DNA from: a virus
Taxonomy: Duplodnaviria > Caudoviricetes
Virus record (IMG/VR): IMGVR_UViG_3300035049_000200
Coordinates: 1 to 50,379 of that record
DNA: 50,379 nt
Reading direction: 5' to 3' (one strand)
Shown: in pieces, positions 37,455 through 45,381 of the stretch
Layout: every line of letters starts with the position of its first letter
Position numbering within the stretch: the stretch's first letter is position 1
Made by a program: the position numbers and the translations under genes
Notes under the pieces: model-generated
The model's database searches: none
What the model was told of the DNA's origin: nothing
Seen by the model: the letters and a program-made list of their open reading frames with translations, nothing else

Positions 37455-37772
37455 ATGTTGTTAGAACCCGCTAATTTGGAAATCATAGCTATTGTTTTAA
37501 TAGTTTTAGTCTGGATTGAATTATTAATAATAACTCTCAGTTATTATATAGCTTATAAAATAAAAAGAACATTTGGCGTATGGTCTTTTTTAATTTATTT
37601 TAGTGCTTCAACTTTAATTTACTTTCTATTTTTTTTCAGGATGCTGTCTCAATATTTAAGAGGGGAGGGCTTCTTTGAAAGTTGTGCTGTTTTTTTCATA
37701 ATAATCAACATCTTCAGGTTTATTACAGCGGGAATTTTACTAGTTTCAATTTGGAAACAAAACGACAAATAA
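37455..37772 (+). CDS. Three-TM membrane protein
   Basis: Hydrophobic segments. Confidence 0.65.
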   Translation: MLLEPANLEIIAIVLIVLVWIELLIITLSYYIAYKIKRTFGVWSFLIYFSASTLIYFLFFFRMLSQYLRGEGFFESCAVFFIIINIFRFITAGILLVSIWKQNDK

Positions 37773-37773
37773 G

Positions 37774-37802
37774 TTGACAATGTTTTATCAATATGCTAAG
37801 CT
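37774..37802 (+). promoter_or_regulatory. Sigma70-type promoter (extended -10)
   Basis: TTGACA-17-TAAGCT with TG. Confidence 0.75.
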
Positions 37803-37812
37803 AAGACTATGC

Positions 37813-37947
37813 CATATCGGTTTGAGTCTAATTAGTTTTCATTTTGTTTTCTTTTTATTTATTTTAAAACTCAAAACTGGTATGTTTATAAGAAGCGTGG
37901 GGGAGAGCCTTAAAGTTTTTATTTTTTGCTCCTCCCTCCTTCTGATA
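37813..37947 (+). ncRNA. Structured leader / sRNA: two hairpins with U-rich loops
   Basis: CATATCGGTTTGAGT / ACTCAAAACTGGTATG; second stem about 37886-37947. Confidence 0.5.
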
Positions 37948-37961
37948 ATTAATATCAAAAC

Positions 37962-38390
37962 ATGAAAAAAGTTAAAAAATCAAAAAAAAGACCTAAAGAA
38001 GGTCAATATTATAGTTTGAGACAAGCTGTAAAATATTCCAGTATGAAATCTAGGGAATTTTTTTCTATTTATGTAAATCAATATTTAGGGGCAGATTGGT
38101 CTGTTGGAAAAATTTGGGTTAAAAAATTTATTAATCCTAAAACTGGGAACACTTCTTATCGTTATATTATTTCTGGAGAATGGTTGAAAGAATTCAACAA
38201 AAGATACAACTCAGGGGAGTTAAGAATTTTCAATATAAGTGAAAAAACTAAACCTATTAAATACACTCTCGATGACATTAGAAGTTATTGTAGAAAAAGA
38301 AAAATTTATACAATTGAAAAATTTTTAGAAATTAAACAACATGAAGAAAACCAACAAAAAGAAAAAGGTGTCATCTCAGGCAAGCTCTAG
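37962..38390 (+). CDS. Putative DNA-binding protein (excisionase/MerR-like HTH)
   Basis: YYSLRQAVKY...YRYII..EWLKEF; basic. Confidence 0.6.
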   Translation: MKKVKKSKKRPKEGQYYSLRQAVKYSSMKSREFFSIYVNQYLGADWSVGKIWVKKFINPKTGNTSYRYIISGEWLKEFNKRYNSGELRIFNISEKTKPIKYTLDDIRSYCRKRKIYTIEKFLEIKQHEENQQKEKGVISGKL

Positions 38391-39225
38391 TTTTTATTTA
38401 TTAAATACCGAGTCTAGTCATTGGTATTTTATTAAGAACGAAGATTTCCCCAATGGAGTGGAAATGCCTTCAGCGACTAATATTCTGAATTTATTCCCTA
38501 ATCCTAATTTGGATTATTGGAAAGAGAATACTAGCCCAGAAGAAATTAAACAAAAGCAAGAGGATGGGAAAATGTCTGGTTCTAAGGTTCATCACTGTTG
38601 TTTTTTGTTAGCTGTTGGTGAAGAAATAAACCCAAACATAGGGCTAACTAAAAACCAGATTAGAAAACTTCCACTAGAAACAAGTGAAGATAAAGCCAAA
38701 GATGATGAACTTCTTTTTTATTTGAGTTTACCTTTAAATAAAAGAGAATTTAGAGGAATTGAGGGGTTCGCTAATTTCTGGGAGGAATATAAGCCTATTT
38801 CTATTGGGAAAGAAATGAAGGTTTATCATAAACACCTAAGATATGCTGGGACTTTAGATTGGGTTGGTTATTTATGGAATAAAAAAACTAAAAAATATGA
38901 ACTTTGGGTTATAGATTATAAAATTTCTAATAGCCACCAACGTTCTTATGAGTCTCAAGGGGTCGCTTATTTAAAAGCTCTTAATTCTATGTATAAAAAG
39001 CCAATTAGAGCTAGGGTAGGAATCTTATATCTAGGTAAAACTACCAAGAAAAGATTTCAATTAAAAGAAGTTACGGAAACTAAACGAGCCTGGGATGATT
39101 TTATTTTAGTCAAGAAGCTTTGGCATTCTATTAATCCAAATATTTCAGCTCCTTTAATAGAATTAAAAGACAATGTTTCAGTTGATGTTTCATATAAAAG
39201 GAAGGGTAGAATAATTAAATTATAA
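38341..39225 (+). CDS. PD-(D/E)XK exonuclease (Cas4/RecE-like)
   Basis: PSAT.IL, GSKVH, YAGTLD, VIDYK, Q..AY. Confidence 0.88.
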   Translation: MKKTNKKKKVSSQASSSFYLLNTESSHWYFIKNEDFPNGVEMPSATNILNLFPNPNLDYWKENTSPEEIKQKQEDGKMSGSKVHHCCFLLAVGEEINPNIGLTKNQIRKLPLETSEDKAKDDELLFYLSLPLNKREFRGIEGFANFWEEYKPISIGKEMKVYHKHLRYAGTLDWVGYLWNKKTKKYELWVIDYKISNSHQRSYESQGVAYLKALNSMYKKPIRARVGILYLGKTTKKRFQLKEVTETKRAWDDFILVKKLWHSINPNISAPLIELKDNVSVDVSYKRKGRIIKL

Positions 39226-39241
39226 TAAATAAGAAGAAAAA

Positions 39242-40180
39242 ATGGATTCAAATTTAATGAGAGAGGCAGGTTTAGGAGGCGGAGGTTTTAACACTTATAG
39301 GAATGTTACTGTTGATAATGGCAGTGATATTTCTGGTAAGGATGCTACGGGAGACTTCGTTGAAGTTTCTTATAATGACAAAGACGAAAGAGAAATTAAA
39401 TCTTTCGGTAAAGAATTAACAGGAGTAATTTTAAGTTCTAAGGCTCTTTTAACTTTTAGAGACAAAACTCAAACCAAAAAGAAAGTAGCTGAGTCAGATG
39501 AATTTAATCCGTTGATGACTAAGAAAAATGATGGGGCTAAGGCGTTAATCCCTATTTATCAACTAGATTTTAATGGTCAAAGAAAGAAAACTCCCGATGG
39601 TAAAATGGTAGTTAATTACGCTTTTTATGACGATTTAAAAACTGCCAAAGAAAAAGGAGTTAAGAATATGGATTATACTTACACTATTGTTGTTTATTTC
39701 TTAATAAAAGATAGCAGTGAGTTTGACGGAGAAATAATTAAGGTTAAATTTAAAGGAGCTAGTAGAGGAAACTTCTTTGATTTCCAAAAAAGAATCTGGA
39801 AAGAAGGAAGACTTTCAGCTCCTAAAGTAAAAACTAAGATTAACACTTATGTTGAAAAAGAATATGGTAAATATGCCATTTCCTTTTCTCCCGTTCTTCG
39901 TGAAGATGGTCAAATAGAACAAATTGAAGACGATGGAGCTATTGAAGAAAAAATTATTGGCTTAGTGACAGAGGCTCAAGATAGACGGTCTAATTTCTTG
40001 CCACCAAATGAGGAAAATTTAATGAAATTTATAAGTGAACCTCAACCAACTTCACAAGCTCAACAACAAAATATTCAACAAACCCCTTCTCAACCTCAAG
40101 AAGATTTACCTCCAGTTGACTCTTACAATATTGAGGAAGAACCTGATGATGAACTAGACCCTAAAAATATACCCTTTTAA
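39242..40180 (+). CDS. ssDNA-binding / recombination protein
   Basis: Q/P-rich linker and SSB-type acidic tail DDELDPKNIPF; next to the exonuclease. Confidence 0.7.
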   Translation: MDSNLMREAGLGGGGFNTYRNVTVDNGSDISGKDATGDFVEVSYNDKDEREIKSFGKELTGVILSSKALLTFRDKTQTKKKVAESDEFNPLMTKKNDGAKALIPIYQLDFNGQRKKTPDGKMVVNYAFYDDLKTAKEKGVKNMDYTYTIVVYFLIKDSSEFDGEIIKVKFKGASRGNFFDFQKRIWKEGRLSAPKVKTKINTYVEKEYGKYAISFSPVLREDGQIEQIEDDGAIEEKIIGLVTEAQDRRSNFLPPNEENLMKFISEPQPTSQAQQQNIQQTPSQPQEDLPPVDSYNIEEEPDDELDPKNIPF

Positions 40181-40188
40181 AAGAAATT

Positions 40189-40530
40189 ATGAAAAAAAAA
40201 GAAACAAGTAAACAACTCCAGGCTAAATTAGATTTTGCCGAACAGGTTAATGAATATTTCCCTTTCCTAAAAGGCAAATATAAAATATTAACTGGAATAA
40301 CAGTTGACCCAAACGGGAACGAATCGGGAACTCTTGGAATTGAAATTTTTAGCGACAAAAAAGAAGCTCAAAACATTTCATTGGAGACTTTCTTCAGAGA
40401 AAGAATTAAAAAGGTTTTAACAGCTGAAGTTTTAAACCAAAATGAAAAATTAAGGTATGTTAATTCTAATATGGAGAAAACCATTGATAGATTAGAGAGA
40501 CAGGTTAAAAAATTAAAGAAAAAGAAATGA
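40189..40530 (+). CDS. Hypothetical protein
   Basis: Packed ORF with C-terminal coiled coil. Confidence 0.7.
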   Translation: MKKKETSKQLQAKLDFAEQVNEYFPFLKGKYKILTGITVDPNGNESGTLGIEIFSDKKEAQNISLETFFRERIKKVLTAEVLNQNEKLRYVNSNMEKTIDRLERQVKKLKKKK

Positions 40531-40748
40531 AAAAGACTTTCAAGAGCGGTGATATTACTTTAAAAGTGAGAAACTATAAAACTGGAGTTGTTGAAGTTTC
40601 TAGGGGAAAGGAGCTTATTTTTGTAGGAGAAAATCCAACAATGCTTTTACATATCCATACAGTTTTGACTAAATTAGCGATGGAACTTAATAAAAACGAA
40701 GAAGAATTAAGAAAGTTAGATAAAAAAGAGAAAACTATTAAAAAATAA
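40527..40748 (+). CDS. Hypothetical protein
   Basis: ATGA overlap. Confidence 0.7.
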   Translation: MKKTFKSGDITLKVRNYKTGVVEVSRGKELIFVGENPTMLLHIHTVLTKLAMELNKNEEELRKLDKKEKTIKK

Positions 40749-40751
40749 ACG

Positions 40752-41138
40752 ATGAAAAAAGATGAGGTGTTATTCACTTTAAGAAAGCCTGAGTCTGAGG
40801 CTATCTATGGTGAATTTAAAAAAAGGATGGATAAGAACTACTGTCCGTTTTGTAATAGAGATTTAATGAGAAGGGAGTTTAAATACTGGATAATTGTAGA
40901 AAATAGATTTCCTTATGATAAAGTTTTCAAAAGACATGATATTTTAGCTTGTAAACGACATATTAAAGAATGGACTGAAATGACTAAGGATGAATGGGCT
41001 GAGCTTAAAAGCATTGAATATCAAATAATGAATGGGGAGGTTGGAGATTATAATTTAGTCATAATCAATGTCCCTAAAGACCGTAGTATCCCGAGACATT
41101 TACATTTTCATTTAGCAACTTATAAAAATAGAAATTAA
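40752..41138 (+). CDS. HIT-family nucleotide hydrolase
   Basis: CPFC, NRFPY, H.L..KRH, HLHFH triad. Confidence 0.88.
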   Translation: MKKDEVLFTLRKPESEAIYGEFKKRMDKNYCPFCNRDLMRREFKYWIIVENRFPYDKVFKRHDILACKRHIKEWTEMTKDEWAELKSIEYQIMNGEVGDYNLVIINVPKDRSIPRHLHFHLATYKNRN

Positions 41139-41224
41139 CCCTTGAATAAACTTACGATGCTGGATTTGGTCAGTACTGAGCCTGCACTTAGAGGGTAGTA
41201 ACAGTTTTTCTAGGGTTAGTTTTT
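41133..41224 (+). ncRNA. Branched intergenic RNA structure (possibly a terminator)
   Basis: AATTAACCCT / AGGGTTAGTT closing stem with two inner hairpins, then a T run. Confidence 0.4.
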
Positions 41225-41240
41225 ATCTTTATAATAAATT

Positions 41241-41774
41241 ATGTCAGATAACTTTGACAAAATTAAAAACGACCCAAAAAAAATTAAAGAATGGGCTAAA
41301 AAAGAAATAGATGAATACAAAAAACTTCTTAAAACAATGGAAGGTAAAAGTCATTCATTAAAACCTAATAAAAAGGCAGTGATTGTCGATTTAGATGGGA
41401 CTTTAGCTCACATGGTTAATAGAGAACCTTTTGACTGGGATTTAGTTGAAAATGATGAAGTTGATAAAACTATTAAAGAGCTGGTTGATTTTTTAGCAAC
41501 TAAATACATAATCCTAATAGTTTCTGGCAGGGATGAGTGTTGTCGAATGGAAACTATGTATTGGATTCACAAAAATAAAATCCCCTGTAACGAACTTTAT
41601 ATGAGAGAACATAAAGATAAACGAAAAGATTTTATTGTTAAAAAAGACCTTTACGAAAGTAACATTAAGGATAATCATAATGTTTTATTTGTTTTAGATG
41701 ATAGAGACCAGTCCGTTAAAGGTTGGAGAGATTTAGGACTTAAATGTTTACAAGTTCAGGAGGGTAATTATTAA
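41241..41774 (+). CDS. HAD phosphatase, T4 PNK 3'-phosphatase domain only
   Basis: DLDGTL, SGR, LYMR...D..VK, DDRDQ; no P-loop kinase domain. Confidence 0.9.
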   Translation: MSDNFDKIKNDPKKIKEWAKKEIDEYKKLLKTMEGKSHSLKPNKKAVIVDLDGTLAHMVNREPFDWDLVENDEVDKTIKELVDFLATKYIILIVSGRDECCRMETMYWIHKNKIPCNELYMREHKDKRKDFIVKKDLYESNIKDNHNVLFVLDDRDQSVKGWRDLGLKCLQVQEGNY

Positions 41775-41782
41775 TATAAAAA

Positions 41783-42049
41783 ATGATTAAACAAGCAACT
41801 GAATTTGAAATAATAATAGAATATAACACCGAAATGGGTGATAAAATGTCAAAGTTTATAGCTGGAGCTGACCTTGGTATTGAAGAAATTCGACCAGACC
41901 CGATAATTATCACCTGCTCAACTACCACTAAGGTTGATAAAAAATATAAAGATGATTTAATTAAGAGATTTAAAGAGGCTAAATTTAATGGAGTAATTAT
42001 TAAAGATGTTACCGTTAGTGTTAAAAAAACTTTTAAAACGTTAAAGTAA
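41783..42049 (+). CDS. Hypothetical protein
   Basis: Packed ORF. Confidence 0.7.
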   Translation: MIKQATEFEIIIEYNTEMGDKMSKFIAGADLGIEEIRPDPIIITCSTTTKVDKKYKDDLIKRFKEAKFNGVIIKDVTVSVKKTFKTLK

Positions 42050-42053
42050 AATT

Positions 42054-42239
42054 ATGAAAATCGAAGTAACTGATGTAGAAGAAAAACCTAGTGTAATACT
42101 AGATGATGAAGGATTCAACGCTCCTGGATTTTTAACTGTTAATGGAGAAGATGTTCATATAAACGAACTCTATCCAGCCGTGAAGGCTTTTAGAGATAAA
42201 TATTTTGAGGGACTTAAGAGGGAGAATTTAATGGAATAA
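42054..42239 (+). CDS. Hypothetical protein
   Basis: Packed ORF. Confidence 0.7.
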   Translation: MKIEVTDVEEKPSVILDDEGFNAPGFLTVNGEDVHINELYPAVKAFRDKYFEGLKRENLME

Positions 42240-42243
42240 ATTT

Positions 42244-42408
42244 ATGGAAAAAAATTTAAAATGCGAAAGTTGCGGGAAAGCAGATAAAACTGTTTCAAAA
42301 AGAAAAGTTAGAGAGGATGGCGTTGTTGGTTATTACGAGGTAGAAGTTTGTTGGTGTAATGAGTGTGTTAGAAATCATTACAGATTTTTATTAGAAAACT
42401 GGGGTTAA
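42244..42408 (+). CDS. 54-aa zinc-finger protein (not in track)
   Basis: CESC...CNEC. Confidence 0.7.
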   Translation: MEKNLKCESCGKADKTVSKRKVREDGVVGYYEVEVCWCNECVRNHYRFLLENWG

Positions 42409-42432
42409 AAATTAATGAAATAATCTAAAACT

Positions 42433-42591
42433 ATGAATCAAATCGCTTTATATTTTAAAATTCTAGTAGTGTTGACTTGGTTTTTGGGGTTCTTTGCTCC
42501 ATTAAATGTTAAAATTATTCTTTGGGCTATCCCTGCTGGTTGGGCTGCTGGAACTGTTATAGCTGAATTAATTTTTTATCTAAAAAAATGA
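42433..42591 (+). CDS. 52-aa two-TM protein (not in track)
   Basis: MNQIALYFKILVVLTWFLGFF...; ATGA overlap with the next gene. Confidence 0.65.
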   Translation: MNQIALYFKILVVLTWFLGFFAPLNVKIILWAIPAGWAAGTVIAELIFYLKK

Positions 42592-42845
42592 AAAAAGAAG
42601 TTAAATTTTGCGAAATAGAAAAATTCGAATATAAAAATGGAGTTTTTGAGGCAGGTTTATTAAAAAATAGCCCTCATAAATGCGATAAAATATACCTAAG
42701 GATTAACGATTGGTTTTTTCACTTAAGAGATGATGAAGTTTTTGCAATAATTAATGGACTATCAAAAGCTCTTTGGTCTGAATTTATTTTAAAAAAAGAA
42801 AAAGGAAAGGTAAAATGGAAAACTTTAGATGAATTAACTAAGTAA
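42588..42845 (+). CDS. Hypothetical protein
   Basis: Packed ORF. Confidence 0.7.
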   Translation: MKKEVKFCEIEKFEYKNGVFEAGLLKNSPHKCDKIYLRINDWFFHLRDDEVFAIINGLSKALWSEFILKKEKGKVKWKTLDELTK

Positions 42846-42854
42846 TCTAAAAAA

Positions 42855-43025
42855 ATGAACCAAGAAGAATACGAAGATAAGATTATTGATTTAGAAGTTG
42901 AAATTGATGACCTAGAGAAAAAAATAAAAGAACTAGAAGAAAAATTAGAAGAAGTCACTGAAGATAGAGATAGATATTACGACACTTTAGATGATATTGA
43001 ACGGAAAATTAAAAGTTCTTATTAA
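42855..43025 (+). CDS. 56-aa acidic coiled-coil protein (not in track)
   Basis: MNQEEYEDKIIDLEVEIDDLEKKIKELEEKLEEV heptads. Confidence 0.7.
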   Translation: MNQEEYEDKIIDLEVEIDDLEKKIKELEEKLEEVTEDRDRYYDTLDDIERKIKSSY

Positions 43026-43030
43026 AACCC

Positions 43031-43059
43031 TTGACAATATTTTCAGAATTATTTAAACT
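43031..43059 (+). promoter_or_regulatory. Sigma70-type promoter
   Basis: TTGACA-17-TAAACT. Confidence 0.7.
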
Positions 43060-43065
43060 ACAACT

Positions 43066-43590
43066 GTATTCATTTTATTTTTCTTCGAAATTTTAAATTC
43101 TTGTTTCTCGGGCTGAAAAAGAGCATTGTACTGCTAATTCTCAGCCCGAGGTTAGTGGTACAATGTTCTTTTTTTATGGAGTTTTGAGTTGATTTGGCTA
43201 AGTGTTTCTTCATTGTCACCCCTAGCCAAATCTATTTAGAACTTTAAATCTGACGAATAGTAATTGTAAGAAGAAAGTCTTTTGGTTTCACCCCTTTCTA
43301 CTTTTTTCTTACAATTGCTCTTTGTCCTAGTAAGATGGCTCTGTACCAATTGGGCTTTTACAACAAAGAGTTTTGACACGATACGACCGACCGACGGAAG
43401 CAAACTTTTATTATTTACATTTTTTACTTAGCGTTGAGCTAAGACCACTGGCTGAAGCAGTGATATACTTCGGCGGGGCTGGAAAGGTGTGAAGGATGAA
43501 AGGGGAACAACTTCTTGAGGGAGGGAGAGGAGAAGAAAAACATAAAAAAGGAGTAAGGGTTTATGTAGGGGCTAACGCCCTGCAAAATAA
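43066..43590 (+). ncRNA. Candidate large structured non-coding RNA (~520 nt)
   Basis: No ORF of 60 aa or more; interleaved A-B-A'-B' stems, two 23-27 bp hairpins with G-U pairs, more hairpins, G-rich 3' part. Confidence 0.65.
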
Positions 43591-43610
43591 AAATTAATTA
43601 ATACAAAAAA

Positions 43611-43796
43611 ATGACCCAAAAACCTCGAGAAAGTTATAAAACTAGGTATATAAGAATGAGTGATATAACTTGGGCTAGGTTGAAGAAATTAAAAAAAAAG
43701 AGTGGAAAAACTTGGAATTTATTTATACTAGAAGATTTAATATTAAGAAATGGAAAGACTAAAAAAAGAGATAAATCAATTACAGAAAAGAAATAA
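43611..43796 (+). CDS. Ribbon-helix-helix (CopG/Arc-like) DNA-binding protein
   Basis: TRYIRMSDITWARLKKLK..SGKTWNLFI. Confidence 0.7.
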   Translation: MTQKPRESYKTRYIRMSDITWARLKKLKKKSGKTWNLFILEDLILRNGKTKKRDKSITEKK

Positions 43797-44142
43797 GGAA
43801 TATTTAGATAAATTAAGAAAAAAAGCGACTAAAGCTGAAGTTGAGTTTAAAAAAATACTAGATGAGTTAAATGTTTACTATATTTTTCAGAAAGGATTTT
43901 TTGGGGATAGGTATCACTGTATAGTAGATTTTTATTTACCTAAACCTAAAAAGCTTTGTATCGAGATTGACGGGGAATATCATTTAAAAAAAGACCAAAT
44001 TATTAAAGATGAGAGAAAGAGGAAATTTTTAGTTGGGGTTAGAGGTTTTAAATTATTAAGATTTAAAAATAAAGAAGTTTTAAATAACAGAAAAAAAGTC
44101 AAAACTTATATTAAGAATTTATTAAATAACAATGAAAATTAA
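43750..44142 (+). CDS. DUF559 / Vsr-like endonuclease
   Basis: TKAE, IVDFY, IEIDGEYH, D..R..L...G.KLLRF.N. Confidence 0.9.
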   Translation: MERLKKEINQLQKRNKEYLDKLRKKATKAEVEFKKILDELNVYYIFQKGFFGDRYHCIVDFYLPKPKKLCIEIDGEYHLKKDQIIKDERKRKFLVGVRGFKLLRFKNKEVLNNRKKVKTYIKNLLNNNEN

Positions 44143-44641
44143 TGTTTACACCGATGGAGCGACAGTAGGTCATAATGGAAAACTAGGAACAGTCAAAGAA
44201 GTCGGTTTAGGAGTTTATATAGAGATTAGAGATTTAGAGGTAACAGAAGATTTTGGACATTTAACGACTTATTTAAAAGGAAATTTGGATTTTTCAGTAA
44301 GTGAAAAAAAGAAAGGAATTTCAAATAACGAAGCTGAATTTAAGGCTATAATTCTAGGGATAAGAACAGTTCTTCATTTTTTACAATCAATGCAATTAAA
44401 AACAGAAACCGCTATTATTAAATTCCACTCTGATTCTCAAATTATAGTTAATAGAATGAATGGGAGTAGAGCTAAAGGTCGATACGCTAATAAAAGAATG
44501 GATAATTTCCAAGACCAAGCTCTTAAACTTGTTGGGGAACATTTTACTAAAGAGCTGGTGAGTTTTAATTGGATTCCACGGGAAAAAAATGAGAAAGCTG
44601 ATGAGCTTTCTAAAAAGGCTTGTGAATTAACTTTAGAATAA
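44132..44641 (+). CDS. rnhA: Ribonuclease HI
   Basis: YTDGA, NNEAEF.A, SDSQ, WIPREKN..AD.LS. Confidence 0.92.
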   Translation: MKINVYTDGATVGHNGKLGTVKEVGLGVYIEIRDLEVTEDFGHLTTYLKGNLDFSVSEKKKGISNNEAEFKAIILGIRTVLHFLQSMQLKTETAIIKFHSDSQIIVNRMNGSRAKGRYANKRMDNFQDQALKLVGEHFTKELVSFNWIPREKNEKADELSKKACELTLE

Positions 44642-45381
44642 TGGCTAATAGTGTTTTAAAAATAAAACCTAGTGATGATATTTGGAATGATGATTTTTTA
44701 TCTCAACACATAGGGAAACGTGTTGTTCTTCGTTGTAGGGATGGAGAGATAATTGATGATTATTTACATGAGAACGGGGCTGGTAGTCTAATAGTCGGAG
44801 ATTGGTGTGTAGGTCAAGGTGGAGACCCTTTTTCTTTTTTTGAATATTTAGAAATTGACGGAGATAGTTTCACTATGAGTTATACGTCAACTGAGACATG
44901 TCTTAAAGAAAGTGATTTAGCAACAGCAAGAGCAATGTTAGAGGGAAATAATTTACATAATAATTTAAAAATGGTAGATGAAGTAGTAGAACTACCTAGT
45001 GAAATAGAAGGAATTGATAAATCTTTAAGAGAAAGATATTTAATGATAGGTAATGAAATTTACAAACAATCCAAAAAAGAAGATGGTGGTTATTGTATAA
45101 AACAAATTATTGCCGATGAAGCTGCTGAGTATTTTAAAACTCAGTCAGATTTAAATAATTTAAGTATTAAAGAAAAAATTATGAATGTAATTAAAAATGC
45201 GTTTAAATCAAAGGAGGACAGGGCTTTAGAGTATTATAATTTTGGTAGAGTTGATAATTTAAACGATATTGGTTTGGAAGAATTTCTATCATTTTTATGG
45301 GAAACTGCTGATAAAGATACTAAAAAAGCGTTTTTGAAGTTAATTGTTGATAGATATAAAGAAGACAATAGATGCAAATAA
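44641..45381 (+). CDS. Hypothetical protein
   Basis: Coupled to both neighbours. Confidence 0.7.
   Translation: MANSVLKIKPSDDIWNDDFLSQHIGKRVVLRCRDGEIIDDYLHENGAGSLIVGDWCVGQGGDPFSFFEYLEIDGDSFTMSYTSTETCLKESDLATARAMLEGNNLHNNLKMVDEVVELPSEIEGIDKSLRERYLMIGNEIYKQSKKEDGGYCIKQIIADEAAEYFKTQSDLNNLSIKEKIMNVIKNAFKSKEDRALEYYNFGRVDNLNDIGLEEFLSFLWETADKDTKKAFLKLIVDRYKEDNRCK

Noticed and set aside
37774-37965. ORF 37774..37965
   Set aside because: Starts at the TTG of the -35 box and runs through the promoter and hairpins; better explained as non-coding
38341-39225. cas4 of a CRISPR system
   Set aside because: No repeat-spacer array or other cas genes; lacks the four-Cys Fe-S pattern; sits beside an SSB-like gene as a recombination exonuclease
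43250-43330. Hammerhead ribozyme (CTGACGA followed by a stem)
   Set aside because: No GAAA after the stem and no stem I/III arrangement
43427-43480. tRNA-like cloverleaf
   Set aside because: Two small hairpins only; no acceptor stem, TTCRA T-loop in a stem, or CCA
43031-44142. Group I intron with a DUF559 homing endonuclease
   Set aside because: The flanks are complete separate genes rather than exons; no P7 core recognised; the region has its own promoter
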